Assembly (NCBI GenBank): GCA_041082215.1
Contig: JBDOIF010000047.1
Span: 1-64,000 of the forward strand
DNA from: Anaerolineae bacterium
Lineage (GTDB): Bacteria > Chloroflexota > Anaerolineae > B4-G1 > DUEL01
Reading direction: 5' to 3'
DNA length: 64,000 nt
A model generated the notes under the pieces. It was not told the DNA's origin and ran no database searches. It saw only the letters and a list, made by a program, of their open reading frames with translations. The translations under genes and the position numbers were made by a program. Shown one piece after another: positions 1 through 9,923 of this stretch. The first letter of the stretch is position 1; each line of letters opens with the position of its first letter.

Positions 1-73
1 GAGGGGAGGGGGTGGCCCGAAGGGCCGGGGGTGGGGTGAGGAAGTGGTGTCCCAACTTATGTCCGAACCTCAG
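1..73. repeat. Right part of a composite CCCTCACCCC-type intergenic repeat, truncated by the window edge
   Basis: GGGGTGGGGTGAGG followed by TGTCCGAACCTCAG matches the right ends of copies at 45403-45546 (-) and 54541-54728 (+). Confidence 0.6.
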
Positions 74-82
74 TTTTCCCCC

Positions 83-111
83 TTGACAACTCCGCCAATT
101 GATGGTATGAT
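83..111 (+). promoter_or_regulatory. Sigma-A/70 promoter of groESL
   Basis: TTGACA (83-88), 17 bp spacer, TGnTATGAT (-10 at 106-111). Confidence 0.85.
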
Positions 112-121
112 ACGGCCAGAT

Positions 122-148
122 TTAGCACTCTAACATCCTGAGTGCTAA
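122..148 (+). promoter_or_regulatory. CIRCE operator (HrcA binding site)
   Basis: Perfect TTAGCACTC-N9-GAGTGCTAA between the promoter and groES. Confidence 0.97.
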
Positions 149-183
149 AACGGGCTCCAATTTCACATTGAGGAGGTGGAACG

Positions 184-486
184 ATGTCTGTCAACATCAA
201 GCCTTTGGGCGACCGGGTGGTGGTCGAGCCCATTGAAGAAGAAGTGCAGACCTTTGCAGGGGGGAAGCTGGTGTTGCCCGACACGGCCAAGGAGAAGCCC
301 CAGCAGGGGAAAGTGCTGGCGGTCGGCCCGGGCCGTCGGGATGAGGAGGGCAAGCGTATCCCGATGGATGTGAAGGTCGGCGACACGGTCATCTACGCCA
401 AATACTCCGGCACGACCTTCAAGGCCCCCGACGGTAAAGAGATCCTCATCCTGAAAGAAAGCGACATCCTGGCGATTATCGAGTAG
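184..486 (+). CDS. groES: Co-chaperonin GroES
   Basis: [30 protein letters not shown] and KESDILA motifs; strong SD GAGGAGGTG. Confidence 0.98.
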   Translation: MSVNIKPLGDRVVVEPIEEEVQTFAGGKLVLPDTAKEKPQQGKVLAVGPGRRDEEGKRIPMDVKVGDTVIYAKYSGTTFKAPDGKEILILKESDILAIIE

Positions 487-523
487 ACGTAATACGCAAC
501 ACGTGATACACAAGGAGGGAACA

Positions 524-2152
524 ATGGCAAAACAACTGGTTTTCAGCGAAGAGGCGCGTGCCAAGCTCAAGCGCGGTATAGACACCCTGGCGGAGGCCGT
601 GGTCACCACGCTCGGCCCTAAGGGCCGCAACGTTGCTCTGGATAAGAAGTGGGGCTCCCCCACCATCACCCACGACGGGGTGACCGTGGCCAAGGAGATC
701 GAGCTGCCCGACCCGTTCGAGAACATGGGCGCCCAGCTCCTGAAAGAGGCGGCCACCAAGACCAATGACATCGCCGGAGACGGGACCACCACGGCGACCC
801 TGCTGGCCTATATCCTCATCACCGAGGGGATGAAGAACGTGGCCGCCGGCGCTAACTCCATGCTCCTCAAGCGGGGCATCCTGGAGGGGGCGAAGGCTGT
901 CGTCAAGGCGATCGAGGAGCAGGCGATTGATGTGACCGCCAAAGACGAGATCGCCAACGTCGCCTCCATCTCTGCCCAGGACCGGGAGATCGGCGAGCTG
1001 ATCGCTGAGGTGATGGACAAGGTCGGCAAGGACGGCGTCATCACGGTTGAGGAGAGCAAGGGGCTGGAGTTTGAGACCGAATACGTCGAGGGTATGCAGT
1101 TCGACCGGGGCTACATCAGCGCCTACTTCATCACCAACCCGGAGACGATGGAGTGTGTGATCGAGGAGCCCTACATTCTCATTCACGATAAGAAAATCTC
1201 CGCTGCCGAGGACCTGATGCCCATTCTGGAAAAGCTGGTCCAGACGGGGAAGCGGGACCTGGTGGTGATCGCCGAGGACGTGGACGGGGCGGCGCTGGCG
1301 ACGCTGGTGCTGAACAAGCTGCGGGGTATGCTCAACTGCGTGGCGGTGAAGGCCCCCGGCTTCGGCGATCGGCGCAAGGCCATGCTTCAGGACATCGCCA
1401 TCCTCACCGGTGGCCGGGTGATCACCGAGGAGGAGGGGCGCAAGCTGGACAGCGCCACCCTGGATGACCTGGGCCGGGCCGATCGGGTTGTCGTCTCCAA
1501 AGAGGATACCACGATCGTCGGTGGCCGCGGCGATGAGAAGGCGATCAAGGGCCGGATCGAGCAGATCAAGGTCGAGATCGAAAAGTCTACCTCCGATTAC
1601 GACCGGGAGAAGCTGCAGGAACGGCTGGCGAAGCTGGCCGGTGGTGTGGCCATCATCCGCGTCGGCGCCGCCACTGAGACCGAGCTGAAGGAAAAGAAAC
1701 ACCGCGTCGAGGATGCCCTGAGTGCAACCCGCGCTGCGGTGGAAGAAGGGATCGTCCCCGGCGGCGGCGTGGCTCTGATCAATGCCATCCCGGCGCTGGA
1801 TGGGGTGAAGATGGAGTACGCCGACGAGCAGACCGGGGTGAAGATCATCCGCTCCGCCCTGGAGGCGCCCCTGCGCCGGATCGCCGAGAACGCTGGCTAT
1901 GACGGCGCGGTGATCCTCGACACGGTCCGTCGCCTCCAGAAGGAAAAGGACAACCGGCGCATCGGCTTTGACGTCCTCGCCGGCGAGTTCGTGGACATGG
2001 TGGAGGCGGGCATCATTGACCCGGCCAAGGTGACCAAGGGCGCGGTCGAGAACGCCGCCTCCATTGCAGCGATGGTCCTCTCCACCGAGGCGCTGATCAC
2101 CGATATCCCGGAGGAGAAGAAAGAAGGCACGCCGTCGATGCCGGAGTACTAG
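524..2152 (+). CDS. groEL: Chaperonin GroEL
   Basis: [35 protein letters not shown] motifs; start taken at ATG 524 after SD AAGGAGG. Confidence 0.98.
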   Translation: MAKQLVFSEEARAKLKRGIDTLAEAVVTTLGPKGRNVALDKKWGSPTITHDGVTVAKEIELPDPFENMGAQLLKEAATKTNDIAGDGTTTATLLAYILITEGMKNVAAGANSMLLKRGILEGAKAVVKAIEEQAIDVTAKDEIANVASISAQDREIGELIAEVMDKVGKDGVITVEESKGLEFETEYVEGMQFDRGYISAYFITNPETMECVIEEPYILIHDKKISAAEDLMPILEKLVQTGKRDLVVIAEDVDGAALATLVLNKLRGMLNCVAVKAPGFGDRRKAMLQDIAILTGGRVITEEEGRKLDSATLDDLGRADRVVVSKEDTTIVGGRGDEKAIKGRIEQIKVEIEKSTSDYDREKLQERLAKLAGGVAIIRVGAATETELKEKKHRVEDALSATRAAVEEGIVPGGGVALINAIPALDGVKMEYADEQTGVKIIRSALEAPLRRIAENAGYDGAVILDTVRRLQKEKDNRRIGFDVLAGEFVDMVEAGIIDPAKVTKGAVENAASIAAMVLSTEALITDIPEEKKEGTPSMPEY

Positions 2153-2173
2153 ACCGGCCGGCAACCCGGTTGG

Positions 2174-2209
2174 GAGGGGCGCTTCCCGATGGCGCCCCTC
2201 TGTTTTTTT
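2174..2209 (+). terminator. Rho-independent terminator of groESL
   Basis: GAGGGGCGC/GCGCCCCTC stem followed by a T-tract. Confidence 0.85.
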
Positions 2210-2216
2210 ATCGCCC

Positions 2217-2801
2217 TCACGGCCGGAAGAGGAACAATCCCAGCACCCCCATCTTTTCCAGCGCCTCCTCGGCGTAGTAGGTGACGATGGCGCTGGGGTC
2301 GTCGAGGGCGTGGCAGAGGGGTTCCACTGCCTCCTGGGGCTGGATAGCGCTGAGGGCGCGGGCGGCTCCGGCGCGGGTAGCCACGTCCCCCTCCTGCAGG
2401 GCGGCGATGAGGGCAGGCACCGCCGCCGGGCCGAAGCGGGCCAGCCCGTCGGCGGCCAGCCGGGCGACGTAGGCGGAGGGGTCGGCCAGACGGGCTACCA
2501 GCGGCCCCACCGCCTCCGGCGGTCGGAGTCCGGCCAGCGCGACAACGGCGCAGGCCCGCACGTCGGCGTCGGGGTCGCTCAGCGCCTCGATCAGGGCGGT
2601 TGCTGCCCGTCCCGTCCCCACGGCGGCCAGTGTCCGCACCGCCCACCATCGCCGGTCGCGGTCGCCGGAGCCCAGCATCTCCCGCAGGGCGGGCACGACG
2701 ACATCCCCCAGCCGCCCCACCTTTTGGGCGGCCACCTCCGTCCGCTCGTCCTCTCCAGCGGCGATAGCTTCCATCAACTCCTGCAAGGGATCGCCGGCCA
2801 A
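2217..2801 (-). CDS. HEAT/PBS-lyase repeat protein
   Basis: Repeated 'LIEALSDPDADVRACAVVALA'-type HEAT units. Confidence 0.85.
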   Translation of the reverse strand: MAGDPLQELMEAIAAGEDERTEVAAQKVGRLGDVVVPALREMLGSGDRDRRWWAVRTLAAVGTGRAATALIEALSDPDADVRACAVVALAGLRPPEAVGPLVARLADPSAYVARLAADGLARFGPAAVPALIAALQEGDVATRAGAARALSAIQPQEAVEPLCHALDDPSAIVTYYAEEALEKMGVLGLFLFRP

Positions 2802-2803
2802 GG

Positions 2804-3304
2804 TCAGCCTCTCTGGAAGTGGAGCTGCAGGGCCTCTACGGCCTCGCCGACGGCCCGTTCGAACCGCTCCCGGTCAGGTGGCTCCGGGAAGTGGATCAGG
2901 TGGGCCGGACAGCGGCAGTCGGAGGCCCCGAAGCGGGGGACGGGGAGCGATGCGCCCTCCATCCGGGCCATGGCCTGTGCCCATATGCACTCCCGTCGTT
3001 CCTCCCCCTCCGCCCACCAGACCAGGGTCGGCCGGGCGACGGCCCGGAGGTGGTCTATATGCCAGTGGGGTGGGGCGGGGTGGTAGAGGTGGCGGTGGAG
3101 ACGGGCCGCCAGCCCGCCAGCGCCCCGAGCGCTGCCCGTGTAGGCATAGATGCCAGGAGAAAAAGCGAAATCGCCCAGCCGGCCCACCCGTTGCCAGAGG
3201 CTCCGATCCAGTTGGAGGAACAGCGCGTAGGTACCGGGGCGCGGCGGTAGGGGGAGGGAGCCTACAGGCGGACCATACGTCGCTGCCACAGCATCCCTGC
3301 CCAC
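2804..3304 (-). CDS. DUF123 / GIY-YIG nuclease-family protein; start uncertain
   Basis: GTYAL, GIYAYTGSA, HWHIDHL and FGASDCRCPAHL motifs. Confidence 0.85.
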   Translation of the reverse strand: MGRDAVAATYGPPVGSLPLPPRPGTYALFLQLDRSLWQRVGRLGDFAFSPGIYAYTGSARGAGGLAARLHRHLYHPAPPHWHIDHLRAVARPTLVWWAEGEERRECIWAQAMARMEGASLPVPRFGASDCRCPAHLIHFPEPPDRERFERAVGEAVEALQLHFQRG

Positions 3305-3492
3305 CAGGAGGCCGCCCCCCCCATCACCAGCAGCGCCAGCCCGATGCCGTCCAGCTCCCGTATACTGTGGGCGGCATCCAGGTCGTAAAGGACCCCTCCC
3401 TCGTAGGGGTCGGGCAGTGCCAGCACCAGTAGCCCGGCAAGGACGATGAGGAGGGCGGTCGCGGATAGGAAAAGCACTCTCCGGTCGGTCAT
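3262..3492 (-). CDS. Small membrane protein with two TM helices
   Basis: Two hydrophobic segments; sits tightly in a co-directional operon. Confidence 0.7.
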   Translation of the reverse strand: MTDRRVLFLSATALLIVLAGLLVLALPDPYEGGVLYDLDAAHSIRELDGIGLALLVMGGAASWWAGMLWQRRMVRL

Positions 3493-3496
3493 CGGC

Positions 3497-3742
3497 CTAT
3501 TCGGGGGGCGGAGGAACCGGCAGTTCCTCTACCGGGACGCCGATCCATTTATCCCCCTCCTCGATGAGCATCACAGGGATGTCGTCGCGGATGGGGTACT
3601 TGCGGCCGCAGTCCGGCTCCTGGCAGATGAGCCAGCAATTGTGGACCAGCTCCAGCCGCCCTGGATCGTCGCCCGGCTTGCGGGTCTCCCCGCTCACGCA
3701 GTAGGGGCAGCGCAGCATATTCAACAGCTCAGGGTCTATCAT
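3497..3742 (-). CDS. Trm112-family (UPF0434) protein
   Basis: MIDPELLNMLRCPYC...LIC...KYPIRDDIPVML; start at ATG 3742. Confidence 0.85.
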   Translation of the reverse strand: MIDPELLNMLRCPYCVSGETRKPGDDPGRLELVHNCWLICQEPDCGRKYPIRDDIPVMLIEEGDKWIGVPVEELPVPPPPE

Positions 3743-3814
3743 CCAACGACCTCTCGTCCTTTCCGGTATGCGGGGAGAAGTATAGCACACTTGGAGGTTT
3801 GTGGCAAAGTGGCC

Positions 3815-5047
3815 TTAAGCCTCCCCGCTTTCCATTTCCTCCTGCAGAGCCCGCCCCAGCAGGATGAAACCCAGCGTCGCCGCCAGCCCCAGCGTGAAGC
3901 CGCCATACCACATCGCCACTGGAGCGACATGGTCGTTCAGAAAGCCGCCCAGCACAGGGCCGATGGCAAACCCTACACCCCAGGTGAGGCTGTAGACGCT
4001 CATATATCGCCCCCGCATCGCCAGCGGGGCCAGCTTCGCCGTCAGCGCTGTGGAGGTCGGGATCATGAGCATCTCGCCGACCGTGAGGATCACCATGCTG
4101 AGCAGAAAGGCCGGGAAACCCCGGCCGAGGGCCACGCTTCCCACCCCCAGAGCGTAGAAGAGGGAGCCGACGGTCAGCACGGGCAGGTCGTGATACCGTT
4201 CGGCGATCCGGGTGATGGAGTACTGGAAGAGCACAACCATCGCGGCGTTGGTCGCCATGATAAATCCATACTGGCTCTCGGGCACGCCGAAGTTCTCCTT
4301 GGCGTAGACGGGGAGAAGCACCATCATCAACGAGTAGGCCATCCCTGCCAGCGTATACACCCCACAGAAGGCGAGGAAAGGCCGGTCGCGGAGGACCTGG
4401 CTGTACCCGCCGATGGCCGCGGCCTGCCCGGATTCCCCGGCCACCTGCGGCATGCTTTCCCGAACAAAGAGGAGGATCAGCAGGGTGAAGAGGACATGGG
4501 CCGTCGCTGCGATGTAGAAGGCAAGGGTGTAGGAGATCGTGGTCAGGAACCCGCCGATGGAGGGGCCGATGGCGATGCCGAGGTTGGCGATCAGGCGCAG
4601 GAGAGCGTACGCGCCTGCGCGGCGCTCCACTTCGATCAGGTCCGCCACCATCGCGTTGCTGCCCACCCGGTACAGGGGGCCGAACGCCCCGTTGGCGACC
4701 ATCAGGAGGGCCCAGAACCCCAGCCTGTCGGCGACGCTCATCCCGACGAACGTCAGGCTGCTGACCGCCAGACTGGAGAGCATCGCCCCTTTGCGGCCGA
4801 AGCGGTCAACCAGCGGCCCGGCGATCAGCGTTGTGGCCAGGCCCACGGCCGAGTTCAGCGTGAGGAGAAGGGCCACGGTGGTCAGGGGGACCCCCAGGCT
4901 CTGACGCATATAGATGGTGAGAAAAGGCCACACCAGGCTGCCGCCTGTGGCGCTCACCAGCCCGCCCCAGAAGAGGAACCAGAACGAACGAGGGTATCCG
5001 GCGGTGGCCTCCCGTACCCGGGCCGTAAAGCGCGCCAGAAGCGTCAA
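3815..5047 (-). CDS. MFS transporter
   Basis: About 12 TM segments; motif A GPLVDRFGRK; MRGRYMS in the C-terminal half. Confidence 0.92.
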   Translation of the reverse strand: MTLLARFTARVREATAGYPRSFWFLFWGGLVSATGGSLVWPFLTIYMRQSLGVPLTTVALLLTLNSAVGLATTLIAGPLVDRFGRKGAMLSSLAVSSLTFVGMSVADRLGFWALLMVANGAFGPLYRVGSNAMVADLIEVERRAGAYALLRLIANLGIAIGPSIGGFLTTISYTLAFYIAATAHVLFTLLILLFVRESMPQVAGESGQAAAIGGYSQVLRDRPFLAFCGVYTLAGMAYSLMMVLLPVYAKENFGVPESQYGFIMATNAAMVVLFQYSITRIAERYHDLPVLTVGSLFYALGVGSVALGRGFPAFLLSMVILTVGEMLMIPTSTALTAKLAPLAMRGRYMSVYSLTWGVGFAIGPVLGGFLNDHVAPVAMWYGGFTLGLAATLGFILLGRALQEEMESGEA

Positions 5048-6288
5048 CCTCCGACCTCCGGCCAGTCCAGCATCATCACCCGGACCTTCGTGCCGGCGGC
5101 CAGGCGGTCCACATCCTCGGGGACGATCGCCAGCCCCTGTGCTTTCACCATCGAAAGCAGAATGCCCGACCCCTGATCGCCGGTCAGCCGGGCCTCGTAG
5201 CCCCCGTCCCGTAGCCGGAGCTCAACCCGCAGGTAGTGGCGACGGTTGTCCTTGCGCCGGATCTCGTCCAGCAACGTCGCCTCCACTGTCGGCTTGTCCA
5301 GCCTTTTCTTCCCCAGCATCTTCAGGATGGCCGGTCGGGCGAAAAGCTCGAAACTGACCATTGCCGAGACAGGGTTACCCGGCAGTCCCAGCAGGGGTAC
5401 CCCCTGGATGTGGCCGAAGGCCAGGGGCTTGCCCGGCTTCATCCGCACCCGCCAGAAGCCGATCTCTCCCTCCGCGGCCAGCACCTTCTTCACCACATCG
5501 AAGTCACCCACCGACACCCCGCCGGAAGTGAGCAGAAGGTCCACCTTTTGCTCCAGCGCAGCCCGGATTTTGCGGGTCAGTTCCTCCACATCGTCGCGGG
5601 CGATGCCGAGGAGGACCGGTACGCCGCCGTAGCGGAGGACCTGGGCCGCGTTGGAGTAGCTGTTGGCATTGCGGATTTTGCCGGGCTGCCAGGGAGCGTT
5701 GATCTCGATCACCTCGTCGCCGGTGGCCAGGATCCCCACCCGCGGACGGCGGTGGACCAGCGCCTCCGGGCGGCCCAGAGCGGCCAGCATTCCCACCTCC
5801 TGGGGGCGGATCTCCGTCCCTCTGGGCAGGATGAGCGTCCCTTTCTTCACATCCTCCCCTGCCCGACGGATGTTCGTGCCTGGCGGGGCTTCTGCAAAGA
5901 TCAGGACCGAACCCCCTTCCTGCTTTGTATCTTCAAAGCGGACCACGGCGTCGGCCCCCGGCGGGATGGGTGCACCGGTCATAATGCGGATGGCCGTGCC
6001 GGGGGTCACCTCCACGTCGGTGGTATAGCCTGCGGCCAGGTCGTAGACGACGCGAAGGCGGACGGGACGATCGGGGTTAGCGCCAGCCGTGTCGGCAGCC
6101 CGCACGGCGTAGCCGTCCATCGCTGTGTTGGCCAGCGGCGGGATGTCCATATCGGCATGCACATCCTCTGCCAGCACCCGCCCCAGCGCATCCAGGACAG
6201 GCACCGGCTCAGGGGGGAGCGGTTCGAAGGCGGAAAGCACCCGCTCCAGGGCCTCTTCCACGCTCAACATCGGATATTCCTCTGCCAT
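5044..6288 (-). CDS. moeA: Molybdopterin molybdotransferase MoeA
   Basis: AMDGYAV, IRIMTGAPIPPGADAV, TSGGVSVGDFD, MKPGKP and GLPGNPVS motifs; start at ATG 6288 after SD GGAGG. Confidence 0.95.
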   Translation of the reverse strand: MAEEYPMLSVEEALERVLSAFEPLPPEPVPVLDALGRVLAEDVHADMDIPPLANTAMDGYAVRAADTAGANPDRPVRLRVVYDLAAGYTTDVEVTPGTAIRIMTGAPIPPGADAVVRFEDTKQEGGSVLIFAEAPPGTNIRRAGEDVKKGTLILPRGTEIRPQEVGMLAALGRPEALVHRRPRVGILATGDEVIEINAPWQPGKIRNANSYSNAAQVLRYGGVPVLLGIARDDVEELTRKIRAALEQKVDLLLTSGGVSVGDFDVVKKVLAAEGEIGFWRVRMKPGKPLAFGHIQGVPLLGLPGNPVSAMVSFELFARPAILKMLGKKRLDKPTVEATLLDEIRRKDNRRHYLRVELRLRDGGYEARLTGDQGSGILLSMVKAQGLAIVPEDVDRLAAGTKVRVMMLDWPEVGG

Positions 6289-6318
6289 CTCGCCTCCAGG
6301 TGCTGCGGTTGCCGGTCT

Positions 6319-6347
6319 ATCGTACCCGATATTGGGGAAGTTGACAA
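6319..6347 (-). promoter_or_regulatory. Probable sigma-A promoter of the moeA operon
   Basis: TTGTCA, 17 bp spacer, TACGAT on the minus strand. Confidence 0.55.
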
Positions 6348-6407
6348 GCCGGTGGAAAAAGCTTCCCTTTTGTGTTATAATTTCTTCAGAAACGCCAACT
6401 TCATCAT

Positions 6408-6524
6408 CACGAATGGCACGAATGGACCGAATCCCACGAATTGTAGAGCGTTTTTTTATTCGTGGACTTACACATTTGAGTCTTTTCTCACCGCAAAGCC
6501 ACGGAGGACGCAGAGTTCCACGAA
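6408..6524. repeat. CACGAAT 9-mer tandem repeats with an inverted ATTCGTG, plus a CACCGC..CACGGAG..CGCAGAG-type repeat
   Basis: cacgaatgg-cacgaatgg-accgaatcc-cacgaat; related motifs at 26487-26600 and 31235-31262. Confidence 0.55.
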
Positions 6525-6561
6525 GATTCTGGTGAGCGGTGAAAAGCCGAGGAGGGGTTCC

Positions 6562-7431
6562 ATGCACACACGTGTAAGGCATCCTGTCGTTGCCGGCCAG
6601 TTCTATCCGGCAGATCGCGCCGGTTGCGTCCGGATGATCGAGGAATGCCTGCCCGACGCTTTGCCGGCCGACCTTCCGGAGCGGATCCGCGGCGGTGTGG
6701 TCCCCCATGCCGGATGGGTTTATTCTGGCCCCACCGCCGCCAGAGTGTTCGCTGCAGTTCATGCCCGTTCAACCCCCCAAACCTTCGTCCTGCTCAGCGC
6801 CATGCATCGCTGGGGGGCATCCCGCCCCGCCGTCTATGCCGAAGGGGCGTGGGACACACCCCTGGGGGAGGTGGAGGTGGATGCCGACCTGGCCCGGAAG
6901 GTCCTGGAAGAGGGGGGCGGTCTGCTGATGGACGCGCCGGAGGCCCACACCGGGGAGCATTCCGCCGAGGTGCAGGTCCCCTTCATCAAGCATCTCTTTC
7001 CCCAGGCCCGCATCCTTCCTATCCTGGTTCCGCCCGACGAGCGGGCGGTAGGGGCCGGGGAGGCCGTCGCCCGGGCCGTCGCCGGGGCGGGAAAGGAGGT
7101 TGTGGTGATTGGAACGACCGACCTGACCCACTACGGGGCGATGTATTACGGCTTTGCCCCTGCCGGGACGGGGGAGCGGGCGCTGGAATGGGTCCGCGCC
7201 AACGACGAGCGGGTCATCAACCTGATGCTCCAGCTCCGGGCAGAGGAAATTGTGCCGGAGACCGCTGCTCGTCACAATGCCTGCGGCGGGGGGGCTGTGG
7301 CAGCGACCGTCGCCGCTGCCCGCGCGCTGGGGGCCAGGGAGGGAAGACTGCTGGAGTACACCACCAGCTACCATGTGATGCCCCGCGGCCCTGCCACCGA
7401 TTTCGTGGGCTACGCGGCTGTGATCTTTTAG
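6562..7431 (+). CDS. amrB: AmmeMemoRadiSam system protein B (Memo family)
   Basis: RHPVVAGQFYP, VPHAGWVYSG, EHSAEVQVPF, TDLTHYG, ACG and VGYAA motifs. Confidence 0.92.
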   Translation: MHTRVRHPVVAGQFYPADRAGCVRMIEECLPDALPADLPERIRGGVVPHAGWVYSGPTAARVFAAVHARSTPQTFVLLSAMHRWGASRPAVYAEGAWDTPLGEVEVDADLARKVLEEGGGLLMDAPEAHTGEHSAEVQVPFIKHLFPQARILPILVPPDERAVGAGEAVARAVAGAGKEVVVIGTTDLTHYGAMYYGFAPAGTGERALEWVRANDERVINLMLQLRAEEIVPETAARHNACGGGAVAATVAAARALGAREGRLLEYTTSYHVMPRGPATDFVGYAAVIF

Positions 7432-7464
7432 AAACTGGTCTAACAAGAACGGGGAGGTTCCAGC

Positions 7465-8043
7465 ATGCCTCTATCTTCTGAAGACCGTCGGTATCTGTTG
7501 ACGCTGGCCCGCCAGACGATCGCTTCTGCCCTCGAGGGACGGCCGCTGCCGTCGGTGGACCTGTCTTCTCTGTCGGAGGAGCTGAGGGGACCGGGGGCTT
7601 CTTTTGTCACCCTCACCCTGGCCGGGCAACTGCGAGGGTGCATTGGCTCCATCGAAGCCTATCGGCCACTGGCGCTGGACGTGCAGGAGAATGCGCTGGC
7701 GGCCGCCTTCCGCGACCCCCGCTTTCTCCCTCTCAGCCAGGAAGAGCTGGGCCGGGTCCACATCGAAGTTTCTGTCCTCACCCGACCTGAGCCGCTTCCC
7801 TACAATACCGGCGACGAGCTTCTGACGAAGCTCCGCCCCGGTGTGGACGGCGTGATCATCGAACGGGGATGGCATCGGGCCACCTTCCTGCCCCAGGTAT
7901 GGGAGAAGCTGCCCGACCCGCGCGAGTTTCTATCCCAGCTCTGCCTCAAGGCCGGTCTCTCTGCCAACGATTACCGCCGTCCAGGGCTGCAGGTGCTGAC
8001 CTATCAGGTGGAGAAGTTCGAGGAAGGGGAAGAGCTGGGCTGA
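7465..8043 (+). CDS. amrA: AmmeMemoRadiSam system protein A (AMMECR1 family)
   Basis: FVTL, LRGCIG, AAFRDPRF, ATFLPQVW and LCLKAGL motifs. Confidence 0.93.
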   Translation: MPLSSEDRRYLLTLARQTIASALEGRPLPSVDLSSLSEELRGPGASFVTLTLAGQLRGCIGSIEAYRPLALDVQENALAAAFRDPRFLPLSQEELGRVHIEVSVLTRPEPLPYNTGDELLTKLRPGVDGVIIERGWHRATFLPQVWEKLPDPREFLSQLCLKAGLSANDYRRPGLQVLTYQVEKFEEGEELG

Positions 8044-8070
8044 AGGTTCAGGAGATTCCTTAAATTCTAC

Positions 8071-8099
8071 TTGACAACTTCCCCAATCGAGGTTATAAT
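8071..8099 (+). promoter_or_regulatory. Consensus sigma-A promoter of the tRNA pair
   Basis: TTGACA (8071-8076), 17 bp spacer, TATAAT (8094-8099). Confidence 0.9.
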
Positions 8100-8110
8100 T
8101 TCTGACGCGC

Positions 8111-8182
<72 letters not shown>

Positions 8183-8192
8183 CCTTTTTTAT

Positions 8193-8264
8193 GGCGACGT
8201 AGCTCAAAGGTAGAGCAGGGGACTCATAAGCCCTTGGTTGGGGGTTCAAATCCCTCCGTCGCCA
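8193..8264 (+). tRNA. tRNA with CAT anticodon (elongator Met, or Ile2)
   Basis: Acceptor stem GGCGACG/CGTCGCC; D-arm GCTC/GAGC; loop CTCATAA; T-loop TTCAAAT. Confidence 0.9.
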
Positions 8265-8310
8265 CTCCCAAATCCTTTATTCAACCTTTCATCCGCCCTC
8301 GTTGCTTCTG

Positions 8311-8338
8311 GCGGCAACTCTATGAGTTGCCGCTTTTT
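8311..8338 (+). terminator. Rho-independent terminator after the tRNAs
   Basis: GCGGCAACTC-TAT-GAGTTGCCGC followed by TTTTT. Confidence 0.85.
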
Positions 8339-8346
8339 ATTTGATT

Positions 8347-9888
8347 TCAGGCAATGTTATGAAGCCGGCGATTGATGGGCTTTAGGGCTTCATATACTGC
8401 CCGGTATTCCCGATAAAGCGACTCATAGCGGGTCTGGTACTGTTCTCTGGGCTCCACCACGCGGCTGATTTCGACCAGCTCGTCTACAGCCTCCATGTCA
8501 GGATATACGCCCAACCCTACTGCTACGGTGAGAGCGGCCCCTACTGCACCGGCCTCCTGGGGATGGGCCAGCACTTTGAGCTGCCGGCCGGTAATGTCGC
8601 TGATAATCTGCGTCCAGGTCGGGCTGGTGCTCCCTCCGCCAATGGCATGTATTGTTCCCACACGGAGGCCAAGTTTTTCCAGCGCCTCACAGATCCATCG
8701 CAGATGAAAGCCCACGCCTTCCATAACTGCGCGCGCCATATGCGCCTTCGTATGGCTCAAGGATAGGCCGATAAAGGCGCCCAGGGCGTAATGATCCAGG
8801 ACTGGCGCCCGTTCGCCGGAGAGCCACGGGGCGAACAGCAGGTGATCTGCGCCTGGTTCCACCTCCTCGGCCATACGGCTGAGCAGCTCATAGGTGGAAA
8901 TGCCCTGGCGTGCGGCTTCTTCCGCTTCTGCCTGGCAGAAGTTATCGCGGAACCACATGAGCGATCCGCCGCCGGTCTCCATCTCGCCGGCGATGATCCA
9001 CTTCCGGGGGTCAATGTGGCTCAATGCCCAGAACGGCTTTTCCGGGTCGTTCACGAAGGTGCTGCTGGAAAGCCCAACCCAGGTAGCGGTGCCCACGCAG
9101 AGGTGGGCCTCGCCATCGTGGTTGGCACCGGAGCCGGATTGGGCGACGGCAACATCGCCAGCGCAGATCACCACTGGAGTGCCGGGCAACAGCCCCGTCA
9201 CCGCGGCGGCCTCCCCGGTGACCTCTCCGATGATGGTGGTGCAGGGGTACGCTGGCGGCAGTTTCTCCATCGGGATTCCCAGCAGTTCACATGCCGGCTT
9301 CGACCATTCTTTCCGGTGGGGGTCGAAAAGGAAGTAGACCGAGGCGCCGTGCCAGTCCGTGGCCACTTTCCCGGTCAGGCGGTAGATGATGTACTCTTTG
9401 CAGTCCAGCAGCCAGGCAGTGCGCTCCCAGAGGTCCGGGCGCTCTTCCTTCAGCCAGAGGATCTTTGGGATGATGTCCTTAGCCGTCGGGATATTGCCCG
9501 TGTATTCGAAGAGCCAGCGCACTCCCTGGCCGTCTTCCATTTCAGCGATGCGGTCTGCCTGCTTGACGGAGCGTACGTCCAGCCAGCTGATCATGGGCAT
9601 AACGGGGCGTACGTCGGCATCCACCGGAAGCAGATTAAACATCTGGGCGGAAATGCCCACGCCGAGCACTTCCGCTGGCGCAATGCCCGCTTCCTCAATT
9701 ACCTTCCGTGTCGTCAGCGCCACAGCCTGCCAGAGCTCCTCGGGGTCTTGCTCCACCCATTGCGGTCGGGGATATCGCAGGCCATACGGGTGGTAGCAGG
9801 AATGCAGTATCCGGCCCCGCAGGTCGGTCAGAACTGCCTTGTCCCCTCCGGTCCCCGTATCATGGGCGATGATGAATCGCTTTTCCAT
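8347..9888 (-). CDS. FGGY-family carbohydrate kinase (xylulokinase-like)
   Basis: HDTGTGGDKA, EQDPEELW, PKILWLKEE, LSGERAP and IGGGS motifs. Confidence 0.92.
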   Translation of the reverse strand: MEKRFIIAHDTGTGGDKAVLTDLRGRILHSCYHPYGLRYPRPQWVEQDPEELWQAVALTTRKVIEEAGIAPAEVLGVGISAQMFNLLPVDADVRPVMPMISWLDVRSVKQADRIAEMEDGQGVRWLFEYTGNIPTAKDIIPKILWLKEERPDLWERTAWLLDCKEYIIYRLTGKVATDWHGASVYFLFDPHRKEWSKPACELLGIPMEKLPPAYPCTTIIGEVTGEAAAVTGLLPGTPVVICAGDVAVAQSGSGANHDGEAHLCVGTATWVGLSSSTFVNDPEKPFWALSHIDPRKWIIAGEMETGGGSLMWFRDNFCQAEAEEAARQGISTYELLSRMAEEVEPGADHLLFAPWLSGERAPVLDHYALGAFIGLSLSHTKAHMARAVMEGVGFHLRWICEALEKLGLRVGTIHAIGGGSTSPTWTQIISDITGRQLKVLAHPQEAGAVGAALTVAVGLGVYPDMEAVDELVEISRVVEPREQYQTRYESLYREYRAVYEALKPINRRLHNIA

Positions 9889-9923
9889 ATGCGCATCTCC
9901 CTTCAGTCAATGGCTGGTGTGTT

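Noticed and set aside
476..2164. Long antisense ORFs (e.g. 476-2164, 15735-17627, 23408-25912, 26774-28477, 48302-50077)
   Set aside because: Shadow frames of well-supported genes in high-GC DNA, with no recognisable motifs
5236..6561. Long N-terminal extensions of amrB (from 5236) and moeA (from 6762) in the ORF track
   Set aside because: They overlap the divergent gene and intergenic repeats; SD-supported starts are at 6562 and 6288
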